This document shows positions 16,175-27,309 of a DNA stretch of 64,000 bases, piece by piece. The number at the start of each line of letters is the position of its first letter. The first letter of the stretch is position 1. The stretch comes from Candidatus Eiseniibacteriota bacterium (GTDB lineage Bacteria > Eisenbacteria > RBG-16-71-46 > CAVPCR01). The position numbers were made by a program, and so were the translations under genes. The stretch lies in NCBI GenBank assembly GCA_963702435.1, contig CAVPCR010000001.1:1280001-1344000 (forward strand). Reading direction: 5' to 3'. The notes beneath the pieces are model-generated. The model saw only the letters and a program-made list of their open reading frames with translations, made no database searches and was not told where the DNA came from.

Positions 16175-18634
16175 ATGCAGGGCTCGACCCCCCCGGATCG
16201 CGCTGCGCGCTGGGCGCTCCTCGCGCTCTCCTTCCTTCTCCTCACCCTCGAGCTCGCGCAGATCCGGCTCTTCTCGTACTCGCTCTTCCCGACGGTCGTC
16301 TACGTCGCGATCGCGATCACGCTCCTCGGCCTGGGCGCCAGCGGATCGGTCCTCGCGCTCGCGCCCCGGCTCCTCCGCGCCGAGCCCCGCGCCGTCGCCG
16401 CCCGGGCCACACTCGCCTTCGCCGTCACCGTACCGCTCGCTCACTTCGCGTTCGCGCGCCTCGTCGAACCGCGAAAAGTAGCAGTACTTGGTGAGTACCC
16501 GCTCCTCGTCCTCCTCCTTGCCGGCCTCACCGTGCCCCACTTCTTCCTCGGACTTGCGCTCGCCCGCCTCCTCGCCGCCCCCGCGGATCAGGTGGCGCGC
16601 CGCTACGGCGCGAACCTCCTCGGCTCGAGCCTCGGCTGCCTCGCCTTCATCCCGCTCCTCCCCCACCTCGGGCTCGAGCGGATGATCCTCGGTGTCGCCT
16701 GCGGCGGGGCGCTCGTCGCTCTCGCGCTCGCCGGCAGGCGACTCCGGCGGCTCGCAATCGGCTCCGTCGTCGTCGCCGCCGTGCTCGCCCCGGCCACGAT
16801 CTCCGCCCCCACCCTCATCGATTTCCCGCCGCGCTACGGCCAGCTCGAGGCGCTTGCCACCGTCGTCCGGCAGGCACCTCGGCCGGCGCCCGCCCTCGGG
16901 GGAACTCCTCCGTCGCTCGCCATCCGCCGCGAGTTCTCGGTCTGGGATCCGGTCGGTCGCATCGAGATCCACTCGCTCGGCGACGACCGCGTTTTCCTGC
17001 CCGCCCCGGTCGAGTCCCGCTTCTACAGCCAGGACGGCTCGAACGGCTCGATCCTGATCGCCTTCCCCCCCGACTCGGCCGCCGGCGCCCCCTTCTTCAA
17101 GGGCACGGTCTACGGCGCCGCGTACTTCGGCGGCCCGCCCGACTCGGTGCTCGTGATCGGGCTCGGGGGCGGCCCCGACATCTTCACGGCGCTCCACTAC
17201 CGGGCCCGCTCGGTGACCGGAGTCGAGATCAACCAGGCGGCGATCGCCGCCATCGAGGGCCCGCTCGCTGACTTCCTCGGCGATCCCTACCGCCGGCCCG
17301 GCGTCCGCATCGTCTGCGCCGATGGCCGCGGTTTCCTGCGCCGTACCACGAGTCGTTACGATGTGATCCAGCTCTCGGGCGTGGACACCGGCACCGCGCT
17401 CGCTCCCGGCTCGAACGTCCTGGCCGAGAACTACCTGTACACGCGCGAAGCGATCCACGATCTCGTCGCCGCGCTCGAGCCCGAAGGCGGCGTTCTCTCG
17501 ATCCTCCGCTTCGGCCAGGACGCCCTTCGCCTCGCGCTCATCAGCTGCGAGGTGCTGCGCACCGACTTCGGAGCGGCTGCGCCGGGCGGGCACCTGGTCG
17601 TCGTCGGCCAGGGCTTCTGGCAGAGCCTCCTCGTCAAGCGCACCCCCTTCACGGCGGAGGAGCTTGCCGAGCTCGACGCGCACCTCCGCAGCGGCGCGGA
17701 GCTCCCGCGCGTACGGATCCCGAGCTACGAGTACCTCGGGTTCGGACTCGAATCGTCGCTCGGCTACGTCTACCATCCGCGCGCCCGGGTCCCGTCGTAC
17801 ATGGCTGAGTTCCACGATCTCGTCGCAGCCGGGCGGGAGGCCGAGCTCTTCGCGCGCCTGCCGCGGCTCCTCCGCTCGGTGACCGACGACCGGCCGTTCT
17901 TCTTCTTCAACTTCTTCGGCGAGCTGAGGCCCCTCGTGCTCTTCCTCGCGCAGATCGCGGCGCTCGCGGCCGCCTTCATCCTCCTCCCGCTCGGCGCGCT
18001 CCGGCGGAGCGCCCGCGAGAGCGGGACGGCCGCTCCCGGCCTTCTCCCCGTCCTCGGCTACTTCTTCGCCCTCGGCGCCGCCTATCTGGTCGTCGAGGTC
18101 GTTCTCATGCAGCGCTTCGTGCTCTTCCTCGGGCACCCGAGCTACTCGATCTCGGTCACGCTCGCGGCGCTCCTCCTCTGGTCGGGCCTCGGCGCCCTCG
18201 CCACCGGCCGGCTCGCGCGGACCGCGAGCGCCCGGCTCCTCGCCATGCGCGGCGCTCTCCTCGCGGTCGCGATCGTCGTGCTCCTGCTCGCGCTCGACGT
18301 GCACGCGCCGCTTCTCGCCGCCGCGAGCGGCACCGGACTCGCCGCGCGCGCCGCACTTGTCTTCCTGCTCGTGGCCCCGCTCGGCTTCCTGATGGGAATC
18401 CCGTTCCCGGCAGGGCTCGGCCTCCTCGCCGGCGCCGCACCCCGGGCCGTGCCCTGGGCGATCGGGGTCAACGGCTTCGCCTCGGTGATCGCCGCCGTCG
18501 GCAACGTCCCTCTGGCCATGGTCTGGGGCTTCCGCGCGGTGCTCCTCCTCGGCGGCGCGCTCTACCTCGCCGCCCTGGCGATGACGCTCGTACGCGCGCG
18601 ACCGGAGCCGGGAGCGGACGGCGAGGTCTTGTGA
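16175..18634 (+). CDS. Multi-TM membrane protein with central spermidine-synthase-like class I SAM-binding domain
   Basis: TM bundles at both ends (YGANLLGSSLG; MGIPFPAGL..WAIGVNG). Central VLVIGLGGG, VEIN, DGR, YDVIQL, ENYLYTREA, TDDRPFF. TATAAT ends 7 nt before the ATG. Confidence 0.88.
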   Translation: MQGSTPPDRAARWALLALSFLLLTLELAQIRLFSYSLFPTVVYVAIAITLLGLGASGSVLALAPRLLRAEPRAVAARATLAFAVTVPLAHFAFARLVEPRKVAVLGEYPLLVLLLAGLTVPHFFLGLALARLLAAPADQVARRYGANLLGSSLGCLAFIPLLPHLGLERMILGVACGGALVALALAGRRLRRLAIGSVVVAAVLAPATISAPTLIDFPPRYGQLEALATVVRQAPRPAPALGGTPPSLAIRREFSVWDPVGRIEIHSLGDDRVFLPAPVESRFYSQDGSNGSILIAFPPDSAAGAPFFKGTVYGAAYFGGPPDSVLVIGLGGGPDIFTALHYRARSVTGVEINQAAIAAIEGPLADFLGDPYRRPGVRIVCADGRGFLRRTTSRYDVIQLSGVDTGTALAPGSNVLAENYLYTREAIHDLVAALEPEGGVLSILRFGQDALRLALISCEVLRTDFGAAAPGGHLVVVGQGFWQSLLVKRTPFTAEELAELDAHLRSGAELPRVRIPSYEYLGFGLESSLGYVYHPRARVPSYMAEFHDLVAAGREAELFARLPRLLRSVTDDRPFFFFNFFGELRPLVLFLAQIAALAAAFILLPLGALRRSARESGTAAPGLLPVLGYFFALGAAYLVVEVVLMQRFVLFLGHPSYSISVTLAALLLWSGLGALATGRLARTASARLLAMRGALLAVAIVVLLLALDVHAPLLAAASGTGLAARAALVFLLVAPLGFLMGIPFPAGLGLLAGAAPRAVPWAIGVNGFASVIAAVGNVPLAMVWGFRAVLLLGGALYLAALAMTLVRARPEPGADGEVL

Positions 18635-18672
18635 TAGCTTTGTGAGAAAGGCCATCTGTCAGGAGGGGATTC

Positions 18673-19419
18673 ATGGGCGAGGCAATGCGGGGCGGGGCGT
18701 CGGAACGCCTCATCGTGGCGCTCGACATCCAGGGATTCGACGCGGCGAAGCGGCTCATCGACGAGCTCACTCCGGTGGTCGGCGGGTTCGCCATCGGTTA
18801 CATCGCCATGGCCGAAGGATGGGACCGGCGGGCGGTCGATCTCATCCGCGAGCGCCACGAGAAGACGATCATCTTCTACGATCCGCATCTCAATGCGACC
18901 CCGCGGATCACGGCCACGGCCGTCGCCGCCTATGCCCGCTGGGGCATCACGCACCTGAGCGTCTGCGGCACCGCCGGCCAGGACTCGATCCGTGCCGCCG
19001 TCGAGCAGCGCGGTCCGATCGACATCGTGGTCACGACCGTGCTGACCTCCTTCGACGAGAATGCCATCCGCTGCGAATACGGTCGCCGGAGCGACGAGGT
19101 GGTGAGCGAGCACGCGCGCGCGGCGAACCTGGCGGGCGCGCAGGCGCTCCTCTGCTCGCCGCAGGAGCTCAAGATCATCCGCCAGTACTCCCACGTGGAG
19201 CGGCTGACCAAGATCGTGAACGGCATCCGCTTCCGCGACACCCCGCTCAAGAAGGACGATCTGCAGCGCATCCTGTCGCCGGGCGAGGCCATCCGCGCCG
19301 GAGCGGACTACCTCCTCGTCGGCCGGCCGATCGTCGAGCCGCCGGCCGGGATCGGATCGCCGCGCGCCGCGGTGGATCGCATCCTCGCCGAGATCGAGGC
19401 TGCCCTGTCACCCGCGTGA
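18673..19419 (+). CDS. Orotidine-5'-phosphate decarboxylase (PyrF)-like protein with degenerate active site
   Basis: RLIVALD, VTTVLTS, GIR and DDLQRILSPGEAIRAGADYLLVGRPI are present, but FAIG and DPHLNA replace FKxG and DxKxxD. AGGAGG SD. Confidence 0.85.
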   Translation: MGEAMRGGASERLIVALDIQGFDAAKRLIDELTPVVGGFAIGYIAMAEGWDRRAVDLIRERHEKTIIFYDPHLNATPRITATAVAAYARWGITHLSVCGTAGQDSIRAAVEQRGPIDIVVTTVLTSFDENAIRCEYGRRSDEVVSEHARAANLAGAQALLCSPQELKIIRQYSHVERLTKIVNGIRFRDTPLKKDDLQRILSPGEAIRAGADYLLVGRPIVEPPAGIGSPRAAVDRILAEIEAALSPA

Positions 19420-19465
19420 TTCCGGCTGCCCCCGCGCACTCGGTTGCACATCGAGAGGATTAGCG

Positions 19466-20878
19466 ATGATTCGCCGTCTGTCACCCGCTCGCCATGCCGG
19501 CACCGCCGGCACCGCAGCCACCGCCGGCACTGCAACCACCGCGGCCACCGCCGGCCTCGCCGTGCTTGCCTCCCTGCTCCTCGTCCTCGCCGCCGCGTTC
19601 GCGCCGGCCCCCGCCCTCGCCCAGGACTTCCCGCTCGCGGACTTCAAGCTCGAGAACGGTCTCCGGGTGATCCTGCAGCCAAACGATGCCGTTCCTTCGA
19701 TCTGCCTCGGCATCGCGTTCCACGCCGGGAGCAAGAACGAGCGACCCGGCATCACCGGGATCTCGCATCTCTTCGAGCACATGATGTTCAACGGCTCGAC
19801 CCTCTATCCGCCCAAGGAGTTCGACCGCATCCTCGAGGGCGGCGGCGGCTACTCGAACGCGTTCACCTCCGATGACATGACGCTCTACCACGAGGAGTTC
19901 AACCCGGAGCTCCTCCCTACCGTGCTCGCCATGGAGGCCGATCGCATGCGCGCGCTCAAGATCGACGCCGAGAACGTCGAGCAGGAGCGCGGCATCGTCC
20001 AGGAGGAGCGGCGGCTCCGCGTCGACGACTCGCCGCGCAGCCGGCTCTACGAGGAGCTCCGCGCCGTCGCCTTCGACGCCCACCCCTATGGCATCCCGAC
20101 CATCGGCTGGATGAAGGATCTCGAGCGCATCACGGTCGCCGACTGCCGGGACTACTTCCGCACCTACTACGCGCCGAACAATGCCGTCCTCTGCCTGACC
20201 GGCGCCTTCGATCCGCAGGCCGCCCGCCCGCTGATCGAGAAGGCCTTCGGCGACATCCGGGCGCAGGCACCACCCACCCCCGTCGTCGAGTCCGAGGACC
20301 CGCAGCTCGGCGAACGCCGCCTCGAGGTGGAGCTGCCCGCCGAGCAGCCGGCCGTCCTCGCCGCCTATCACATGGTCGGGCGCACGCACCCGGACTACCT
20401 GGCCTACGACCTCCTCACCAACATCCTCGGCCTCGGCGAGAGCTCGCGCCTCCACCAGGCCCTGGTCTACGACGCGCAAGTCGCCTCGGACGCCGAGTGC
20501 TTCCTCGACGGCAGCGAGCACCCCGGCCTCTTCTACCTGTGGGTCGACGTGACCCCGGGGAAGACGCCGGCGGAGGCGGTCGCCGCCATCGATTCAGTCG
20601 TGGCCCGGCTCGTCACCGCGGGAGTGACGCCGGACGAGGTGGAGAAGGCGCGGAGCCAGGCGCAGGGCGCCGTCGTGCGCGGGCTCACCACCAACAGCTC
20701 CCGCACCGAGCACCTCCTCACCTACCAGGTGCTGAACGGCGACTACCGGAAGCTGCTCTCGATCGTCGCCGACTACGACCGGGTGACCGCGGAGGACGTG
20801 ACGCGGGTCGCGCGGGAGAGCCTCGTTCCGAGGAACCGGACGATCGGCATCCTGGTGCCGGCGCGCGACAGGATGTGA
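19466..20878 (+). CDS. M16 zinc peptidase, catalytic subunit
   Basis: LENGLRV, GSKNE, GISHLFEHMMF (HxxEH), NAFT, EERR and HPY motifs, with a signal peptide. Confidence 0.93.
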   Translation: MIRRLSPARHAGTAGTAATAGTATTAATAGLAVLASLLLVLAAAFAPAPALAQDFPLADFKLENGLRVILQPNDAVPSICLGIAFHAGSKNERPGITGISHLFEHMMFNGSTLYPPKEFDRILEGGGGYSNAFTSDDMTLYHEEFNPELLPTVLAMEADRMRALKIDAENVEQERGIVQEERRLRVDDSPRSRLYEELRAVAFDAHPYGIPTIGWMKDLERITVADCRDYFRTYYAPNNAVLCLTGAFDPQAARPLIEKAFGDIRAQAPPTPVVESEDPQLGERRLEVELPAEQPAVLAAYHMVGRTHPDYLAYDLLTNILGLGESSRLHQALVYDAQVASDAECFLDGSEHPGLFYLWVDVTPGKTPAEAVAAIDSVVARLVTAGVTPDEVEKARSQAQGAVVRGLTTNSSRTEHLLTYQVLNGDYRKLLSIVADYDRVTAEDVTRVARESLVPRNRTIGILVPARDRM

Positions 20879-20933
20879 GGCGATTCATGAGGGGACGGAC
20901 ATGAGGCGAGACATGAGGCGAGAGGAAGGACCG

Positions 20934-22364
20934 ATGCTGACGGCCGGACGCAGGATTCCGCGCGGCGCCGCGGCTTTTCTCGCGGCGCTCCTGGGGCTGG
21001 CCGTCGCCGGCGATACCGCGGCCCAGACGATCCGGCTTCCCGCGACGCGCACGATCGACCTCCCGAACGGGCTCCGCGTCGTGCTCGCCGAGGATCATTC
21101 GCTCCCGCTCATCGAGGCCGATCTGCGCATGCCGGCCGGTTCGGCGGTCGAGCCGCCGGAGCGCGAGGGGCTCGCCAACTTCACCGCCGAGCTCCTGACC
21201 CAGGGCACGGCGACCCGCTCGGCAACCCAGATCGCCGCGGCCGTGGATCGGATGGGTGCGACCCTGGTCGCCGCGGCCGGGCGCGACGATCTCCGTCTGA
21301 GCCTCTCCGTCATGTCCCGCCAACGTACCGCCGCGCTCGAGCTTCTTGCCGATTGCGTGATCGACCCGTCGTTCCCGGCCGGCGAGGTGGAACGCATCCG
21401 CACGCGGCTCGCGGCGGGTCTCAAGCAGATGGCCGAGGATCCGGAGACGCTCGCCGACGTCGCGCTATGGCGCTCCGCGTTCGGCACCGACCCGTACGGA
21501 CGCCGCCTGCGGGGCGGGGAGGCAAGCCTCGCCGCGATCACGCGGGAGGACCTCCGGGCCTTCCACCGGGACCACGTCGTGCCGCGCGGCGCGGCGCTCG
21601 CGCTCGTCGGCGATTTCGATGCGGCGAGCATGGAGAAGGAGATCGCGGCCCTCTTCGGCCGATGGCAGGGCGGCGCGGCCGAGTCCGCCGACCGACCGGC
21701 GGCCGCTCAGCCCGCGGCGCCGCCACCCGGGCCCCCTCCATCCCGCACGCTCCTCATCGCCAAGCCCGAACTCGAGCAGTCGCAGATCCGGATCGGTTAC
21801 CGCGGCCTCGAACGCGGCCACCCCGACGAGCCGGCGCTCCTCGCCGCCTCCACCATCCTCGGCGGCGGCTTCACGTCGCGGCTTCTGCAGGAGATCCGGG
21901 TCGAGCGGAGCCTGAGCTACGAGGCCTATTGCCAGCTCATCCAGGACGGGCGCGCCGGGCTCCTGCGCGTCGTCACCTTCACGAAGAACGAGACCACGCG
22001 CGAGACGATCGACGTCGCGCGCGCGGAGATCGCGAAGTTCCGCTCCGCAGGGCCGACGGCGGAGGAGCTCGCGCGGACGCAGAGCTTCCTCGCGGGCATG
22101 GTGGCGCGGAGCCTGCAGGCGCCGGCGGATATCGCGGCGAACCTGAGCATGGTCGCCTTCTACGGGCTCCCCGCCGACTACATCCCGCGCCGGGTCGAGC
22201 GCCTGCGCGCCGTCCAGGTGGACGATGTCCGCCGGGTGGCCGCCACCCACTTCGCGCCGGAGCGGATGGCGCTCGTCGTGGTCGGCGATCCGGCCGCGGT
22301 CAAGGACCAGCTCGGCGGGCTCGGGCCGCTCGAGGAAGCGGGCTTCGCGACGCTCATCGAGTAG
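20934..22364 (+). CDS. M16 peptidase, non-catalytic partner subunit
   Basis: LPNGLRV, GLANFTAELL (no HxxEH), LGGGFTSRLLQEIRVERSLSY (R/Y pair). Tandem with the active subunit. Start could be 20901. Confidence 0.9.
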   Translation: MLTAGRRIPRGAAAFLAALLGLAVAGDTAAQTIRLPATRTIDLPNGLRVVLAEDHSLPLIEADLRMPAGSAVEPPEREGLANFTAELLTQGTATRSATQIAAAVDRMGATLVAAAGRDDLRLSLSVMSRQRTAALELLADCVIDPSFPAGEVERIRTRLAAGLKQMAEDPETLADVALWRSAFGTDPYGRRLRGGEASLAAITREDLRAFHRDHVVPRGAALALVGDFDAASMEKEIAALFGRWQGGAAESADRPAAAQPAAPPPGPPPSRTLLIAKPELEQSQIRIGYRGLERGHPDEPALLAASTILGGGFTSRLLQEIRVERSLSYEAYCQLIQDGRAGLLRVVTFTKNETTRETIDVARAEIAKFRSAGPTAEELARTQSFLAGMVARSLQAPADIAANLSMVAFYGLPADYIPRRVERLRAVQVDDVRRVAATHFAPERMALVVVGDPAAVKDQLGGLGPLEEAGFATLIE

Positions 22365-22395
22365 CCGCGAGCAAGCGCCGGTGACCGCCGCTCCT

Positions 22396-23598
22396 TCAGC
22401 GGAGACGGCGCGCGAGGCTCTGGATCTCGTTCATCATGGCGTCGAGCGCCGGCGGGTGGCTGCGCGGCACGCAGTCTGCGCAGATTTCTTCGGATAGACG
22501 CGATATTTCGCGGAGATCGGCAGTGAGGAGGATCGAGTCCCGCGCCGGCGGCGGCATGCACTCGCGGAGATCCGCCATCTGGCGGAGCCCCGCGGTCAGG
22601 GTGGCGAGGATCGAGGCGAGCGCGTGCTCGTCCGGCTCGAGCTGCGGCCGGTAGAGGAGATCGTGCACCGCGCGGAGCTCGCCCTCGAAGACACCCGCCG
22701 CGCTCTCGACCCGGGTCCTGATCCGCTCGGGCGGCGCGCCGGCCGTCATGCACAGGGCGGCGATCGCGTCCATCTCGGAGAGAACGAGATGGAGATTCGT
22801 GCGCACGCGCCCGAGCCGTGACTCGAAGGCGAAGTGGTGGATCTCGCCGGTGAGCTCCTCCTGGCGCCGGCTGACGAACTTCGAGATGACCGCGCCGAAG
22901 AGGAGGAGGCCGGCGGCACCTTCGACGACCGCGAGCACGCGCAGGATGCCGGTCGGAACGACATCGCCGTAGCCGATGGAGAGCGCGGTCACGAAGCTGA
23001 AGTAGAGCGCGGTGAGGAAGCCGGGCGCCGTTCCCGGGACCGGCACGCCGCTCGCGCGGAGCCCATCTCCGCCGGCGGCATCGACGATCCAGTAGAGCAC
23101 GCCGCAACCACAGATCATCCAGAACCAGATCTGGAAGAGCTCGCCGATCGTGCGGTCGCCGAGCCAGTCGAGGAGCCGGAGGTGGAAGGCGGCCCGGCCC
23201 GCACCCGCCCGCGCCGGCGCTGCGGGACGCCCCGGCCTCATCGCCGCCGTTGCGGATCCGAGCGTCACGCGCGTGCCCGCCGGCTCGAGCGCCCCTCCCG
23301 CCGCGATCCACCCGGCCAGGCCGCCGGCGTAGTGGCGCACGCGCGTATAACCGAGGTTGCGCAGCAGGCGGACCGCCTGCTCACCGGCCGTTCAGGTGTC
23401 GCTCGCGCAGTAGACCGCGATGTCGGCGTCGCGATCCGGGAGCACGGCGCGCGCGCGGCCCTCGATCTCGGCGAGCGGCAGGCTCAACGCGCCGGGGAGA
23501 TGGCCTTCCTCGTAGGAAGGGCGGGGCAGGACGTCGACCAGCACGAATCGCTGATCGTTGCGGCGCGTCACGATCTCCGCGCGGCTGATCGAATCCAT
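22396..23598 (-). CDS. Putative selenoprotein: rhodanese domain (CxxxxU) fused to a 2TM potassium channel and C-terminal helical domain
   Basis: ORFs 23392-23646 and 22396-23340 are in the same frame, separated only by TGA 23394-23392: VLVDVL..YEEGHLPGA..IAVYCASDT-U-TAGEQAVRLLRNLGYTRVRHYAGGLAGW. Then ALYFSFVTALSIGYGDVVP. Start could be 23634. Confidence 0.8.
23363..23381 (-). promoter_or_regulatory. SECIS-like hairpin
   Basis: AGCAGGCG-GUC-CGCCUGCU, a perfect 8-bp stem starting 11 nt after the in-frame UGA with a G-first loop. Confidence 0.7.
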
Positions 23599-23781
23599 CG
23601 GCTCCTCACCCTCGGTGCCGGTTTGCACAGCCATGGTCACTTGCATCCCTCCGGCGGGCGCGCGGCATCACGCGCCCTGTTCCTTGGATGTCAGTGGGCA
23701 CGGGCGCGATGCAGCCGAGTCACGCGGGCGGCGCCGGCGGCCCTTCGTCTCCGCGCCGGCGCCGCGCCGCCCGCCCCGGCG

Positions 23782-24156
23782 TCACCGCGCGGCGGCAGGC
23801 GCCGGCTTCGCCGCCGGCGATTCCTTGGTCTGCGGGAAAGCAGGGAGCTGGCTCGGGCGAAAGACGATCTCCTCGATCCCCCTCCTCCCTGCGTCGTCGA
23901 TGACCGCGCCCAGCTCGCTTCGGAATCGGGCGAACACCTCCTCGAGATGCTCGAGCCTCTCTTTCAGATCCTCGATGGGCACCGTGCAGACCTTGGGCGG
24001 TACGCAGGGCTGAGGCGGATCGAGCTTGGCCGGGTGGTTTGTGAGCATGAACCCCGTGATCAGGTCGGCGTAGTAGCGGTGGGCATTCTCGAGCCAGCGG
24101 CAGTCCATCCACAGCGATCCCAGCCGGGCCTGCAACTCCCTCTCTTCAGCCTTCAT
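23782..24156 (-). CDS. Hypothetical helical protein
   Basis: AAGGAGA SD before MKAEE, Leu/Glu-rich helices, no recognised motif. Confidence 0.7.
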   Translation of the reverse strand: MKAEERELQARLGSLWMDCRWLENAHRYYADLITGFMLTNHPAKLDPPQPCVPPKVCTVPIEDLKERLEHLEEVFARFRSELGAVIDDAGRRGIEEIVFRPSQLPAFPQTKESPAAKPAPAAAR

Positions 24157-24200
24157 GGTTTCTCCTTGTTCGGGCGTCCGGTGATTCCGCACGCGGGGAG

Positions 24201-26987
<2,787 letters not shown>

Positions 26988-27309
26988 GCGCGTCTCCCGA
27001 GCGAGTCGAGGATCGGCTTCCGAGCAAGGCCGCCAGGCGGCGCGCCGCACCTGGGCGAGGAGAAAGCCCGTCACCGAAACGACAACGGACCGCGGGCGCA
27101 GTCTCGGCCGCATGCATGCTGGCCTGCAACAAGGCTACTCCCGCCGGTCCGCGATGGCAAGACAGCCCGACCGGCGCGGGGCGTCGCCTGATCGGCCGGT
27201 GAATGGCGTATAATCCTCTCGACGGCATGCCGCCGCACTTCGGAGTTCCATCCGCTCCGCTTTGCGGTCACCAGCTGCAGCCTGCATCCATGCATGGGGG
27301 AACCCGATC

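Noticed and set aside
15839..18655. 938-aa minus-strand ORF, and similar long ORFs at 51422-54652, 45665-47680, 27715-29832 and 35659-37386 (N-terminal part)
   Set aside because: Antisense shadows of real high-GC genes, with no motifs.
19495..19556. Short in-frame repeats in leaders and linkers (also 8434-8466, 11490-11560, 38990-39030)
   Set aside because: Low-complexity expansions in unconstrained protein regions, with no independent function evident.
20934..22364. M16 gene lacking HxxEH as a novel pseudoenzyme
   Set aside because: Active/inactive tandem pairs are the established M16B heterodimer arrangement.
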